Of a stretch of 64,000 nt of DNA, positions 26,696-40,007 are shown in pieces. This DNA comes from the human T2T-CHM13v2.0 reference genome, Homo sapiens. Within the stretch, counting starts at the first letter, position 1. Each line of letters opens with the position of its first letter. The position numbers were made by a program, and so were the translations under genes. The stretch is taken from NCBI RefSeq assembly GCF_009914755.1, contig NC_060947.1; one strand, 5' to 3'. Under the pieces are notes generated by a model. That model had not been told where the DNA came from, did not search any database, and was given only the letters and a program-made list of their open reading frames with translations.

Positions 26696-27272
26696 CACTA
26701 AAACATCCAACCTATAAAACTGCTCAAAGAGTTATTTAACCCCAGATAACTATGCAATATTTAGCTCTCTTAGTCATATGTTTACTAACGTAGGAACTTC
26801 AGTGTTGCAAAATCTCGAATGAAGAAATTGAAGGAGGATTTTTCAGAGATATGATCCTTGGAAAATGACCTCATCTGGGTCTCCAAAAATTGGAATTTGG
26901 GGACTTTTAGATCATCTAGTCTCTGCAGCCTAAACGAACAATGGGAGAAATTTGTTATGGGCAGGGTACAGATTTCCATAGTGTAGTGTGGTGCTCGCAG
27001 GTGGAAAGTGCTGGTGTGCAAAGGTGGGAGGAGGAGTGGGGGCTCCACCGTTCTGGTGGTAGCAGCCCCACAGTCATTCCCATGTCTCCTTCAAAGTTTG
27101 TGTCGCCCAGCTGGACACAGAAAAGACAGAATTATTGGAAAAATATGGTGAAAGCCAATACCAATACCAGTTAAACTGAGTCTAGAGGATGGTGTGCGAA
27201 GCAACTTAATTGAACATGTGAGCCCAGGGGTGGGTGGTTCTCTCCTTTTTTAGTTCTCGGGCCATATGCATT

Positions 27273-27666
27273 TGTAGCAGATGCTCTTGGTGCCCTGCCT
27301 GCAGCCCCCAGAACTCACTTTACTTGCTGCAGGATGCTTTGTGGGAATGTCTGTGACTCTCTGTCTGAGGTTTTTTTTCTAACTGGGGAATATGGTCCGT
27401 CCATACTCAGCTGTCCCCAAAGCAGCTCTCAACCAATGACCGGCATGGGAGTGGGTGGAGAAATAGCTCAGTTTCCTCCCATCCTGGTTAGGTTAACTCT
27501 GGGTTATGTTCTATGCTATCTTCCGGAGTTCCTCAAAGGATGCTCACCCTTTACTGGCTGCCTTCCCTTCTTGGGACCACTTCCCTTTTCTAGTGCTGTG
27601 GACAGAGTGCTGCCACCATAAATCCTTGTTTCTGGGTCTGCTTCTGGGAGCACCTGACATAAGATA
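27273..27666 (+). mobile_element. LTR16-family solo LTR (ERVL)
   Basis: tgtagcagatgct...ctcaaccaatgac...actggctgccttcccttc...aaatccttgtttctgggtctgcttctggga; same family as 2865-3250. Confidence 0.75.
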
Positions 27667-27739
27667 CCAGGATTAGCTTCTATTTCAAAATTTACAAGTG
27701 ATTTTCTGCATACAGAACATGAGTTATGGTGCCAAGCCA

Positions 27740-27980
27740 ATCTAGGGCTGCAACTAGGCACTGCCATTTACCAGCTTGGCAACCTGGGGTCAAGTTCTTT
27801 AACCTCTCCAATTTTCAGTTGACTTATCTAAAATATGAAGAGTGTAATGATACCTAGTCATCAGATTGATGCGATAATTGAATGTGATTCTGCGTGTCAA
27901 GTCCCTGGCACAGCATCTGCCTCATAGTAAGTCTTAGCTTTCAAGTAAACATTGGCAACCACTGACTACTATTGTTCTTA
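27740..27980 (+). mobile_element. MIR
   Basis: ctgccatttaccagc...caagttctttaacctctc...cctggcacagcatctgcctcatagtaag. Confidence 0.75.
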
Positions 27981-28814
27981 ATTGCCCTTCTAAATGTATG
28001 TAGGAGAGCTCTTATATTGGCCATATAAAATGTCTTCTGAGGCTACCGTGGAAATCAGGAGAGAAAAACAATGATCTGTAGCCTTTTAATTCCCATGGGA
28101 GAACATTATTGCCTCAGGAACCTAAGCTTCATTTAAAAAAATGCTATATGAGCAGGAAGGAATGGAGACACAAAAACCTAATGCCTGTGAAAGTGATCTG
28201 CCCCAGCTGGGCTCTGAACATGATAGGTGTGCAAGTGGGAGCTCAAACAGTGAACAAAGCCAGCATCTGAGGCATTATTTTTAGAGGCTGGAGAAATGCT
28301 GGGGAAGAAGTAAGAGGGGAAATATGCAGCATTTATGTAACACATTTCCAAGTAGCTCTGAAAGGAAGTTTTATATTTAATGGAGTTGTTAACAATTGGG
28401 ATTGAAAGCCTAAAATAGAAGTAAGAACACTTAGCCAACTTGGGAGCATTTCGTTGGATCTGCTGTAGAATATTAGGTTTGGAGAAGTTATGCAGGGATA
28501 GGTAATATACATGGAAATGAACATAGCCCTGTTATTAAGTTCATGTCTGATTTTTGTCTTAAGACTCTTACTAATGTTTTTTCTCCATTCTGTTGATTGA
28601 ACCATATCTCTCTGCATAACACCAGCTTTCCTTGCCCATTAGCTTTTCTCTTTTCTTCCTCTGAATCAAATAGTGTTTTCGACTTCAGTGCTTTTGCTCA
28701 TATTGCTTCCCTAGTTGGGCATGCCTTTATGGTTACCCTCCTCCCACAGAAGTTCAATCCTTCTTCAAATTTCTTTGACAGCTGGGGGCCCCAGAGATTC
28801 TTTGACTTCTGGGG

Positions 28815-29660
28815 CTAGAAAGAAATTAGGTCCCTGTCGTGAAGGACTTTGGATGCTGTTGTCTTCAGCCTATAGAAATTGAAGTCACTGGAATCTTTTG
28901 GGAGGATAGTCACATTACTCACTGTGTGTCTCTGGAAGATATGAATAACTCTGGCAGCCATGTGAATGACAGCTTTGGAGAGGAAGAAACTGGTACCAGG
29001 TTGCAAGGCTGTTGCGACGGCTCAGGTGCCAAGAGGTCAGGATATAAGCTAGACAAAGAGTAGAGCCAAAGGGGCAGAAGGGATGACTTTGAGCGACCTC
29101 TTAAGGGCTAATTTGGAAAGCCTGATGACGAATTGCATGTGGGAAATGGAAGGAAGACAGGAAAACAGTAGCTGTGGAGGACCTGAGGCTTCCACAGATT
29201 TGTGGAGGACAGCAATAGAGGGCAGGGAATTGGATGGGAGAAGTAAGAATTTGATTTGGACGTGTGCTGCTTGGCCATTCATTTGTAGCTATCCCAATGT
29301 GCAACTGGGGATGTGGGTCTGAATCCCCAGACGAGGACGGAGGAAATGATATGGATTTGGAAGTCTTCTCAAAACACTTGGGAATGCAATTATTGGGAAA
29401 GAGAGTGAGTAAGAAAAGAAGATGTCTTTGGCAAAAGCTACAGGAAAATCCAATATTTAAAAGGCTGATGATGGAAGAGGAAACAGCAAATAAGAATGAG
29501 AAGTGATCTGAGAGGTAGAAGGAGACTCAGCATGTGTAGCCTCACATGTTGAGTGGGGTTTCAAAAGCGAGAAGCTGCCGAACAGCATGAAAACTGCAAA
29601 ACCATCAAGTGAGATGAAGACTGAGGGAAGCCTATTTGTTTTGATGTGTTGGTGACCAAC
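28815..29660 (-). mobile_element. L2
   Basis: aaggactttgga...actctggcagc...gatatggatttggaagtc...gaagaggaaacagcaaa...gatgaagactgag. Confidence 0.7.
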
Positions 29661-30599
29661 AACAGTTGCTAGACCGAGAAAACTCTCTAAATCACAGGAG
29701 GTGGAAGAGACTATGAAATGGGAAAAGGGGAGAGAATGTGACCAAAAAGCTTCTCAGAGGATTTTGATAGTGAAGGACTCTTCACAGCTGAACCAAAGCT
29801 AGAAAAGGTGAACCAGGATTGTTTCTCTCTCTAGAGCCAGCTTTTTTGTTGACCTCTGCTAAGTGCTGATTTGGCCCTATTGTCTAAATCTATCAGGATC
29901 AAGAGAGAGGTTGGTGGGCAAAACAGGATCAAGAACCCCCAGGGCAAAGAATCCTGCCAGGCACTGTTGCAAGAAATTGTTTAAAAAGTAGAGCAAGAGT
30001 ATACAAAAGTGTCTCCTACTTGTATGAACCAAATTTCCTTTTGTTCCTCATCACAGAAGAAAAAATATAACCATGACTTAAATGCTCAATTCTGTAAGCA
30101 GGAACATAATTTGCATAAATAGCCCAGGTGATGTCATTGGGAGAGTTGTACCTGAAGACTTAATGAGAAAATTTAGACAGATGTGATGGAAGTAGTAAAA
30201 CTAATGTTAGCCTTTACAGTCACTCAATTCCAGGTATAGCATTTTCTTCTTTTATAAATATGAAGAGAATTTGATAGCTAAATTAAAAGGAACAGGCAGT
30301 CCAGGTATTGGGGTAGTGGTGAAGTACTTGACATTGTAAGAGCTAATGATGAGAGAAGTATGCACTTATTTGGATAAATTAAATTTTACGGAAAATATCG
30401 GTTTTCCAATTTAATTTGACCAACATTCTCGGAGTGCTTGTGATATCAAAGGCACCATGCTTTCAGCACTGGGTAGGGAGTGAGTGTGGGCTAAAGAAGA
30501 ATGAGTATGTATGAGAGTAAAGTATGATCTCTTTACTAAAGTGGTTAGATTCCCTACCCTAGATGTCTAATTCCCAATCAAGTCAAATCTCATTTCTGA

Positions 30600-30925
30600 A
30601 AAATATTGAGATAAGCCAGAGTAAAAGCTTGTCTTAAAAAATGATTATCTAGACAATGATTGTCAATAGCTACCATCTTAAAAAAAGAGGCAACCAGACC
30701 TGAGATGCCTTCTACTGGAGGTACAAAATACCACCTATGAAGTTAACGTGTCAACATATCAAACCAGAATCTGATCAAGCCTCTAGATTTAACTACCAAT
30801 TTATAGGGTACAGAGGAATGTGTTAAATGATACCATAGGGATACAATTAGCAGAATCAGACTATCAAAACTCTAAGGACAAACAATATGCTTTCCTCAAC
30901 AAAATTGCTTTGAAAAGTGTGTCTC

Positions 30926-30987
<62 letters not shown>

Positions 30988-31525
30988 GGAATTAGAGGCT
31001 AGAGATGATTGCAAAATCTTAAAAGACATATCAACTAATTGTAAACTGTGGGCCTTATGTTGATTCTAACTAAAGAGAGAGAGAGAGAGAGAGATAAGGA
31101 GAGAGAGAATTAGAAGCTAGAGATTGCAAGAATCTTAAAAGACATATCAACTAATTCAAAGTTTGGACCTTATTTTGATTCTAACTCAAACTGTAAAAAT
31201 ATCAGATTAAGAGGAATTTAAATACTGATTGGATATTTAATTATGTTAAAAGGAATAATTATTTTTAGTGGAAATAATGACATTATGGTTATTATTTAGA
31301 AAAAGACTCATTATTTAGAGTCACATGCTGAACTACTTAAGGATAAAACGATATAATGTTTGGGATTTATTTCAAAATAATCTAAAAGTGGGAGGGAAGT
31401 GGGTAGGGGTATACAAGAAGCACACTTGGCCATGAGTTGATAACTTTTTTGTTTTAACAAAGTGATGGGCACATTGGGGTCCTTCTTTCTATTTTTGTTT
31501 AAAATTTTCCATAATAAAAAAATGT
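30600..31525 (+). mobile_element. Old L1 (L1MC/ME) 3'UTR
   Basis: aatctgatcaagcctctagat; aaagacatatcaactaat; gatgggcacattggggtcc...ttttccataataaaa. Confidence 0.75.
30930..30985. repeat. Compound (TG)18(AG)10 microsatellite
   Basis: Read directly. Confidence 0.95.
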
Positions 31526-31999
31526 TTAAACGTTGGTAAAAAATAGGTTTAGCATCATTCAAGATGGTGAAGTATTAAACTGAAATGTTTTTCCCCAATC
31601 AGTGTACTAGTTATAGAACTACTATGTGGCAGGTATGAGGCACTTTTGTTCACACGGAATAGGAAGAATGACAAATTTATCTATGTTTCCCATGGCTTGA
31701 ATTGAGACATCACTGGCATCCTTTTATCTGTTTTTCCTTTCATCTTGAAAATGTTACTTCAGATGTTGATGTGAATTTTGGCATCGAGTGGGCTGAGCAC
31801 AGTGTTACTCTGTGGCAAAACAAATTCAGAAACGGAGTATGAGGAAAAGAGGGGGATGCTGTCTGTGCCCTCATATTGCTCCAGGCTTCTTTCCCCTTAA
31901 TTTTTTCTGGGAGACCATCAGATTCTTTAACTACCATAAGAAGGGAACATTCCAGTCAGTTAGTCTTAGGCTGAAGATGCTTATAAAATAGAATAATAA

Positions 32000-32930
32000 T
32001 AAAATAGTAATGATCATTTATTAAGTGATTCCAACATGCTAGAATGTGCTAAGATATTTTACAGGCATATTCTAGTTTATTTCCCACAGCAACTCTATGA
32101 ATTAAAAATTATTACAGTTATTCTTTCCATGTTGCAGATTTGAAGAAGGCAAGTGTCCTGTGCAGAGCCAGGTTTTAACCTGGATCTTTCTAACTCCAAA
32201 GCCTGTGCTATTTACTACAACACCAAATGCTTCTTAGCCTTTCTTTTCTATGTCTTGGGAGTTCTGATGAGGACAACCCAACAGACTTAGAGGGTCGCCA
32301 TTGCTCTATTTTTTCCTTTACATTATTTGTAAGTTCTCCAAGTGCTATTTCAATAAAGAAACCCTGGCTCTTTGAACAGAAGTCCCCAGAATCTCTGTGT
32401 GGTGCTCAGCCGTTATATGAACATGGCTTGTATATTGGATGTGAATTTTCCAAACTTATCTTTGGTCCAGCATGAGGCTCACTGCTCAGCAGGAACCTCT
32501 TAGTTTGTGGTATGCTCCTGGGGTCCAGGCCTTGGAAATCTAGATGCATCTAACTGGCTACAGAATTGCCAAGGCACTGAGGACTTCCCTTCTGGAAAAG
32601 TGCCCCCCATCATCTGCATTTGAATCTGTGATGTGTTTTGCATACTTATATTTATATAATGAATCTAATATGTTATCATTAGAATTATACAGTCTAAAAA
32701 TGTGACAGTAGGCGATGATAGGGTTTAGAATACAGGCTTTGGAATCAGACAGGTTTGGTTAAGACATATAACTTAATAGCTCTATGGCCTTGGACAAATT
32801 ATTTAACTTCTCTGAGCTTTATTCTTTTTATCTGTAAAATAGAGATAATAACCTACAATATAATTGTTGTGAATATTAAAGGGCATTCTCTGGTGCCTAA
32901 CACATAGTAAGAACTCCATAAATGGCTGCC
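32000..32930. mobile_element. Two MIRs (~32000-32220 minus; ~32715-32930 plus)
   Basis: cacagcaactctatga...ctaactccaaagcctgtgct; ggctttggaatcagacag...ccttggacaaattatttaacttctctgagc. Confidence 0.75.
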
Positions 32931-34069
32931 CTTGTTGATTTCAATATCACTCTTTGCTGTTTGTGATTTCCTTGGCTTCTGGCCAATTACTCTAAGACAG
33001 AACTTCCTCTGTGCAAAGAGCCAGACACCCAGGTGTGAAGTATGGGGATGGAGGATAGGGTTCGGGGAAATGTAGGCGAGAAGGACAAAGACAAATTTAA
33101 GAGAAAGGTTAAGAAGAAAAAATATGGCTCAGTAACATTGGGGATTCTGATTTAGCCAGGGAGAGCAAATTCAGGATAAACCAAGAGAGTATCCTGCATG
33201 ACCCCATAGGAGGTGAAGTTCCCTTACTGCCTCTCTCCATGATTGTTCCTGTAAAGTACTATTTGGGGAAGAACATTAAGACAACTTAAATCAATATTAA
33301 TTTGGGATGTTCATACAGGCCTCTTGGCAGATTGGGTAAAATTAAAGGAAATAAATATAAATACTGATTTAGTAATTATAACTCGGGTCATGACTCCATA
33401 GCAATCATTTGATATTATGGTAAACAAATTTTTAGCTATTGCTTTATAGAGCAAAATATTAAAATGCTCCATTGAAGAGGTGGTGATTATAGTATCCATA
33501 GGATAAATATTTTAGAAGGTGTGCAAAGAGGTACTTTTAACTTGAGATAAAATTCCCAATGATCTCATCACATATGAAATCAAAACATGCTATATGTCAA
33601 TAGCTCAGAAGGAATTGAAGATAATATCATCAAACATAACTTTAGTGACAATGAAGACACTAATACATAGCTATATAAACCTGTCGAAGATGAATAAATT
33701 ATTTTCTGACCTATGAATTTGGAAAAGGGCAATATTTTAATACCACATTATTTTTACTTAATTTGTGATATGCACATATGTGAAATTTAAACAGTAAAAT
33801 ATTATAAGTAAACGTCTGACTACTTAATCTATGGCTCTAAAAGTTTATATATTGAAATTGTCTCCAGTTTTAGGGGGAAGGAATTTTCTGTTTGGGAAAC
33901 TAAGGGGTTGCTCTAGGTTTGGGCATATGAAGTAAACAGATGTCTTGGTGTATATCTAGGGGAAAATAAAAGCAAACACATTATATTGGTTGAGATGGGG
34001 AGTTATTTAGGGCCTGAGTATTCCCAGAAGAAGAAAGACAGTAGAAGGTAAGGTCCGGAGCATGGATTG

Positions 34070-34600
34070 TGGAGCCAGCTGGCCTGGACTGAAATCCCTG
34101 CTTTGTTATCTACCAGCTCTATGATGTTGGATAAATTAATTCTTCTGTGTGCCTCAGTGCCTCAGTTTCCTCACCTGTAAAATTAGAATTTTAAAAATGC
34201 TTATCTGTTATGCTGTTATAAGAATTAAGCTAGTTAAGAGGTTTTTTTTTTTTTTTTTTGAGATGGAGTCTCACTCTGTCACTCAGGCTGGAGTTCAAGG
34301 GCGTGATCTTGGCTCACTGCAGCCTCTGCCTTCTGGGTTCAAGTGATTCTCCCACTTTAGCCTCCTGAGTAGCTTGGATTATAGCCATCATGCCTGGCTA
34401 ATTTTTGTATTTTTGTAGAGATGGGGTTTCACCATGTTGGCCAGGCTGGTCTCGAACTCGACCTCAAGTGATCCACCTGCCTTGCTTGGCCTCCCAAAGT
34501 GCTGGGATTACAGGCGTGAGCCACCATGCCCAGCCAGTTAAGAGTTTTAAAGAGTTTAGAACAGTGCTTGGCACATAGTGAGAACCTATACATTTGTTAC
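34070..34600 (+). mobile_element. MIR interrupted by an Alu
   Basis: tgcctcagtttcctcacctgtaaaat...[Alu]...tttagaacagtgcttggcacatagt. Confidence 0.8.
34242..34535 (-). mobile_element. AluS (Sz/Sx-like)
   Basis: Antisense Alu dimer with T-tail; TSD agttaagag at 34232-34240 / 34536-34544; small internal deletions. Confidence 0.9.

Positions 34601-34645
<45 letters not shown>
34601..34645. repeat. (ATAG)11 tetranucleotide STR
   Basis: Read directly; followed by acag variant units. Confidence 0.95.
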
Positions 34646-34902
34646 CAGACAGGCAGACCCTATATCTTCCCTTGATATAGTGGCTTTACCCAGAAAGAGG
34701 TCTTGCCTCTGCTGCCTGGTCTCTCTCTTTTAAAAAGTTTTAAATTTTTGTGGGTACATAGTGGGTGTATATGTTTATGAGGTATATAAGATATTTTGGT
34801 ACAGGCATATAATGCATAATAATCACATCAGGGTAAATGGAGTATCCATCACCTCAAGCATTTATCATTTCTTTGTGTTACAAGCATTCCAATAATACTC
34901 TC

Positions 34903-35470
34903 TTTTTTTGGTGTTTTTTTTTTATTGTACTTTAAGTTCTAGGGTACATGTGCACAACGTGCAGGTTTGATACATAGGTATACATGTGCCATGTTGGTGT
35001 GCTGCACCCATCAACTCATCATTTACATTAGGTATTTCTCCTAATGCTATCCCTCCCCCAGCCCCCCAGCCCCCAACAGGTCCCCGTGTGTGATGTTCCC
35101 CGCCCTGTGTGGTGATTCCTCAAGGATCTAGAACTAGAATTACCATTTGACCCAGCAATCCCATTACTGGGTATATACCCAAAGGATTATAAATCATGCT
35201 ACTATAAAGACACATGCACACGTATGTTTATTGTGGCACTATTCACAATAGCAAAGACTTGGAACCAACCCAAATGTCCATTAATGATAGACTGGATTAA
35301 GAAACTGTGGCACATATACACCATGGAATACTATGCAGCCATAAAAAGGATGAGTTCATGTCCTTTGCAGGGACATGGATGAAGCTGGAAACCATCATTC
35401 TGAGCAAACTATTACAAGGACAGAAAACCAAACACCACATGTTCTCACTCATAGGTGGGAATTGAACAAT
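34903..35470 (-). mobile_element. L1PA (about PA6/7) 5'-truncated insertion with 5' inversion
   Basis: Antisense poly(A)+3'UTR at 34903-35110 joined to the adjacent upstream L1 segment in opposite orientation (~35107-35470); TSD aatactct at 34894-34901 / 35468-35475. Confidence 0.9.
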
Positions 35471-36134
35471 ACTCTTTTAGTTGTTTAAAAATATGCAATG
35501 AGTTATTGTTGAACTGTTGTCACCCTGTTGTGCTGTCAAATACCAGATCTTATTCATTCTATCTAACTATATTGTTGTACCCTTTAATCATCCCCAATCA
35601 CCCTCCCACCCCTCCCACCCTTCTCAGCCTCTGGAAACCATCCTTTTACTCTATTTCCATGAGTTCAGTTGTTTTAATTTTTAGCTCCCACAAATGAGTG
35701 TGAACATGTGAAGTTTGTCTTTCTGTGCCTGGCTTATTTCACTTAACATAATGTCCTCCAATTCCACCCATTTTGTTGCAAATGACAGGATGTCATTCTT
35801 TTTTATGGCTAAATAGTACTCCATTGTGTATTTGTACCACATTTTCTTTATTCATTTGTCTGTTGATGGATACTGAGGTTGCTTCCAAATCTTGGCTATT
35901 GTGAATAGTGCTGCAATAAACATGGGAATGCAGATATCTCTTCAATATACTAATTTCCTTTCTTTTGGATATATGCCCAGCAGTAGGATTGCTGGATCAT
36001 ATGGTAGTTCTATTTTTCGTTTTGAGGAAACTCCACTATGTTCTCCATAGTGGCTGTACTAATTTACGTTACCACCAACAGCGTACGAGGGTTCCCTTTT
36101 CTCTACATCCTCACCAGCATTTGTTATTGCCTGT

Positions 36135-38483
36135 TGATATGGTTAGGCTTTGTGTCCCCACACAAATCTTGTCTTGAATTGTAATCCCCCTAATCCCATG
36201 TGTCAAGGGAAAGACCAGGTACAGGTAATTGGATCATGGGGGCAGTTTCCCTATGCTGTTCTCGTGATAGTGGGTGAGTTCTCATGAGATCTGATGATTT
36301 TATAAGGGGCTCTTCCCACTTTACTTGGCATTTCTTCCTGCCACCCTGTGAAGAAAGTGCCTTGCTTCCCCTTTGCCTTCTGCTATGATTGTAAATTTCC
36401 TGAGGCCTCCCCACCATGCTGAACTGTGGGTCAATTAAACCTCTTTTGTTTATAAATTACTCAGTCTCAAATATTTTTTATAGCAGCATGAAAATGGACT
36501 AATCCAGTAAATTGGTACCAGGAGGGGGGTGCTGCTATAAATATACCCAAAAATGTGGAAGTGACTTTGGAAATGCATAACAGGCAGAGGTTGGAACAGT
36601 TTGGAGGGCTCAGAAGAAGACAAGAACATGCTGTAAAGTTTGGAACTTCCTAAAGACTTGTTAAATCGCTTTGACCAAAATGCTGATAGTGATATGGTCA
36701 ATGAAATCTAGGTTGAGGTGGTCTCAGATGGAGATGAGGAACTTTTTGGGGACTGGAATAAAGGTGACTCTTGCTATGCTTTAGCAAAGAGACTGATGAC
36801 ATTTTGCCCCTACCCTAGAGATCTGTGGAATTTTGAAACTGAGAGAGATGATTTAAAGTATCTGGTGGAAGGAATTTCTAATCAGCAAGTGTTCAAGAGG
36901 TGACTTAGGTGCTCTTAAAAGCATTCAGTTTTATGTATTCACAAAGAGTTTGTTTGGAATTTGAACTTATGTTAAAGGGAAGCAGAGCATAAAAGTTTAG
37001 AAAATTTACAGCCTGACAATGCAATAAAAAGAAAAACCTATTTTCTGAGGAGAAATTTAAGCCAGCTGCAGAAATTTGCATAAGTTAATGAGGAGCCAAA
37101 TGTTAATTGTCAAGACAATGGAGAAAATGTCCCCAGGTCATGTCAAATGTCTTCACAGCAGCCCCTCCCATTACAGGCCTGGAGGCCTAGGAGGAAAAAA
37201 TGGTTCTGTGGGCCAGGCCCAGGGCCTTGCTGCTTTGTGCAGTCTCAGGAATTGGCGACCTGCATCCCAGCCATGGCTAAAAGGGGCCAACTTACAACTC
37301 AGGCTGTTGCTTCAGAGGGTGCCAGCCCCAAGTCTTGGTGGCTCACACCTGGTGTTGGGCCTGTGGGTACACAGAAGTCAAGAATTGAGGTTTGGGAACC
37401 TCCATCTAGATTTCAGAGGATGTATGGAAACACCTTGGCATCCAAGCAGAAATTGCTGCAGGAGTAGAGCCCTCATGGAGGACCTCTGCTAGGGCAGTGT
37501 GGAAGGGAAATATGGAGTGGGAGCCCCTATACAGAGTCCCCACTGGGGCACTGCCTAGTGGAGCTGTGAGAAGAGGGCCATCGTCCTCCAGACCCCAGAA
37601 TGGCAGATCCACCAATAGTTTCTACCATGCACCTGGAAAAGCCGCAGACACTTAATGCAAGCCCGTGAAAGCAGCCACGGGGGCTGTATCTTGCAGAGCC
37701 ACAGAGGGGAGCTGCCCAAGGCTGTGGGAGCCCACCTCTTGCATCAGTGTGGCCTGGATGTGAGACACAGAATCAAAGGAGATCATTTTGCATCTTTAAT
37801 ATTGAGTGCCCTATTGGATTTTGGAATTGCATGGGGCCTATAGCCTCTTCCTTTTGGCCAGTTTCTCTCATTTGGAATGGGTGTATTTACCCAATGGCTG
37901 TACTTCCATTGTATCTAGGAAATAACTAACTTGCTTTTGATTTTACAGGCTCATGGGCAGAAGGGACTTGCCTTGTCTCAGATGAGACTTTGGACTTGGA
38001 CTTTTGGGTCAATGCTGGGATGAATTAAGACTTTGGGGGACTGTTGGGAAGGCATGATTGGTTTTGAAAGGTGAAAGGGACATAGATTTGGGAGGGACCA
38101 GGGTGGAATGATATGGTTAGGCTTTGTGTCCCCACCCAAATCTCATCTTGAATTGTAATCCCTATAATCCCCACATGTCAAGGGAGAAAACAGGTGGAGG
38201 TAATTGGATCATGAAGTTTCCCCCATGCTGTTCTCATGATAGTGAGTGAGTTCTCATAAGATCTGATGGTTTTATAAGGGTCTCTTTCCCCTTTACTTGA
38301 CATTTCTCCTTTCTGCTGCCTTGGGAAGAAAGTGCCTTGTTTCCCCTTCACCTTTCACCAAAATTATAAGTTTCCTGAGGTCTCCCCTGCTATGCTGAAT
38401 TGTGAGTCAATTAAACTTCTTTTCTTTATAAATTACTCAGTCTTGGATATTTCTTTATAGCAGTGTGAAAATGGACTAATACA
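36135..38483 (+). mobile_element. Full-length THE1 (THE1C-like) MaLR provirus: LTR 36135-36506, internal 36507-38108, LTR 38109-38483
   Basis: Both LTRs start tgatatggttaggctttgtgtcccc and end ggactaat(c/a)ca; purine tract before the 3' LTR; 5-bp TSD cctgt at 36130-36134 / 38484-38488. Confidence 0.95.
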
Positions 38484-39488
38484 CCTGTCTTTTGGATATA
38501 AGCCATTTTAACAGGAGTGAGATGATATCTTATTGTAGTCTTACTTTGCATTTCTCTGATGATCAGTGATGGTGAACACCTTTTTACATGCCTATTTGCC
38601 ATTTGTATGTCTTCATTTGAGAAATATCTATTCAGATCTTTGGCCCATTTTTAATGGATTATTAGATTTTTTCCTATTGAGTTGTTTGAGCTCTTATACA
38701 TTCTGGTTATTAATCCCTTATGAGATGGGTAGTTTGCAAATATTTTCTCCCATTCTGTGGGTTGTCTCTTCACTTTGTTGATTGTTTCCTTTGCTGTGAA
38801 GAAGCTTTTTAAGTTGATGTGATCCCATTTGTCCATTTTTGCTTTGGTTGCCCATGCTTGTGGGGTATTACTCAAGAAATCTTTGCCCAGAACAATGTCC
38901 TGGAGATTTTCCCCAATTTTTTACTGTAGTAGTTTCATGGGCTGAGATTTTAGATTTAAGTCTTTAATCCATTTTGACTTTTGTATATGGTGAGAGATAG
39001 AAGCCTAGTTTCATTCTCCTACAAATGGATATCCAGTTTTCCCAGCATCATTTATTGAAGAGACTTTTTCCTCAGTTTATATTCTTGACATCTTTGTCAA
39101 AAATGAGTTTGCTGTGGATGTATACATTTGTTTCTGGGTTCTCTATTATTTTCCATTGGTCTATATGTCTGCTTATATGTCAGTACCATGCTGTTTTGCT
39201 AACTATAGTTCTGTATTATAATTTAAAATCAGGTAATGTGATTCCTCCAGTTTTGATCTCTTTGTTCAGAATGGCTTTGGCTACTCCAGGTCTTTTGTGG
39301 TTCATGAATATGAATTTTAGGATTATTTTTTCTATTTCTGTGAAGAATGTCATTGATATTTTGATAGAGATTGCATTGAATCTGTAGATTGCTTTGTGTA
39401 GTATGGACATTTTTGCAATATTGATTCTTCCAATTCATGAACATGGTATTTCTTTTCTTTTTGGTGTCCAATTTCTTTCATCAATGTT

Positions 39489-40007
39489 TTATATATTACT
39501 ATAGAGAACGTTTAGTTCTTTGTTGAAGTTTATTTGTAGGTATCTTATTTTATTTGTGGCTAATGTAAATAGGATTACTTTTTTGATTTCTTTTTCAGAT
39601 TGCTCACTGTTGGCACATAGAAATGCTGCTGATTTTTGTATGTTGATTTCACATCCTGTAACTTTACTGAATTTGTTTACAAATTCTGAGAGTTTTTTGG
39701 TGGAGTCTTCAGTTTTTTCCAAATATAAGATCATGTCATTTGCAAACAAGGATAATTTGACTTCTTCCTTTCCTATTTGGATGCCCATTATTTCTTTCTC
39801 TTGTCTGATTTCTCTAGCTAGGACTTCTAGTACTATGTTGAGTAACAGTTTTGAAAGTGGACATCCTGGCCTCATTCCAGGTATTAAAGGAAAGGCTTTC
39901 AGTTTTTTCCCATTCAGTATGATATTAGCTGTGGTTCTGTTGTATATGGCTTTTATTGCATTGAAGTATGTTCCTTCTATACTTAGTTTTTTGAGGGCGT
40001 ATATCAT
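39489..40007 (-). pseudogene. Inactive L1 ORF2 reverse-transcriptase fragment (172-aa open frame)
   Basis: GMRPGCPLSKLLLNIVLEVLAREIRQEKEI...LSLFANDMILYLE aligns to L1 RT; catalytic FADD is FAND; neighbouring frames are broken. Confidence 0.9.

Noticed and set aside
36718-37929. ORFs of 60-138 aa in the THE1 internal region (also 56036-57255 in MST-int)
   Set aside because: Fragmented MaLR internal remnants broken by stops and frameshifts; no intact gene.
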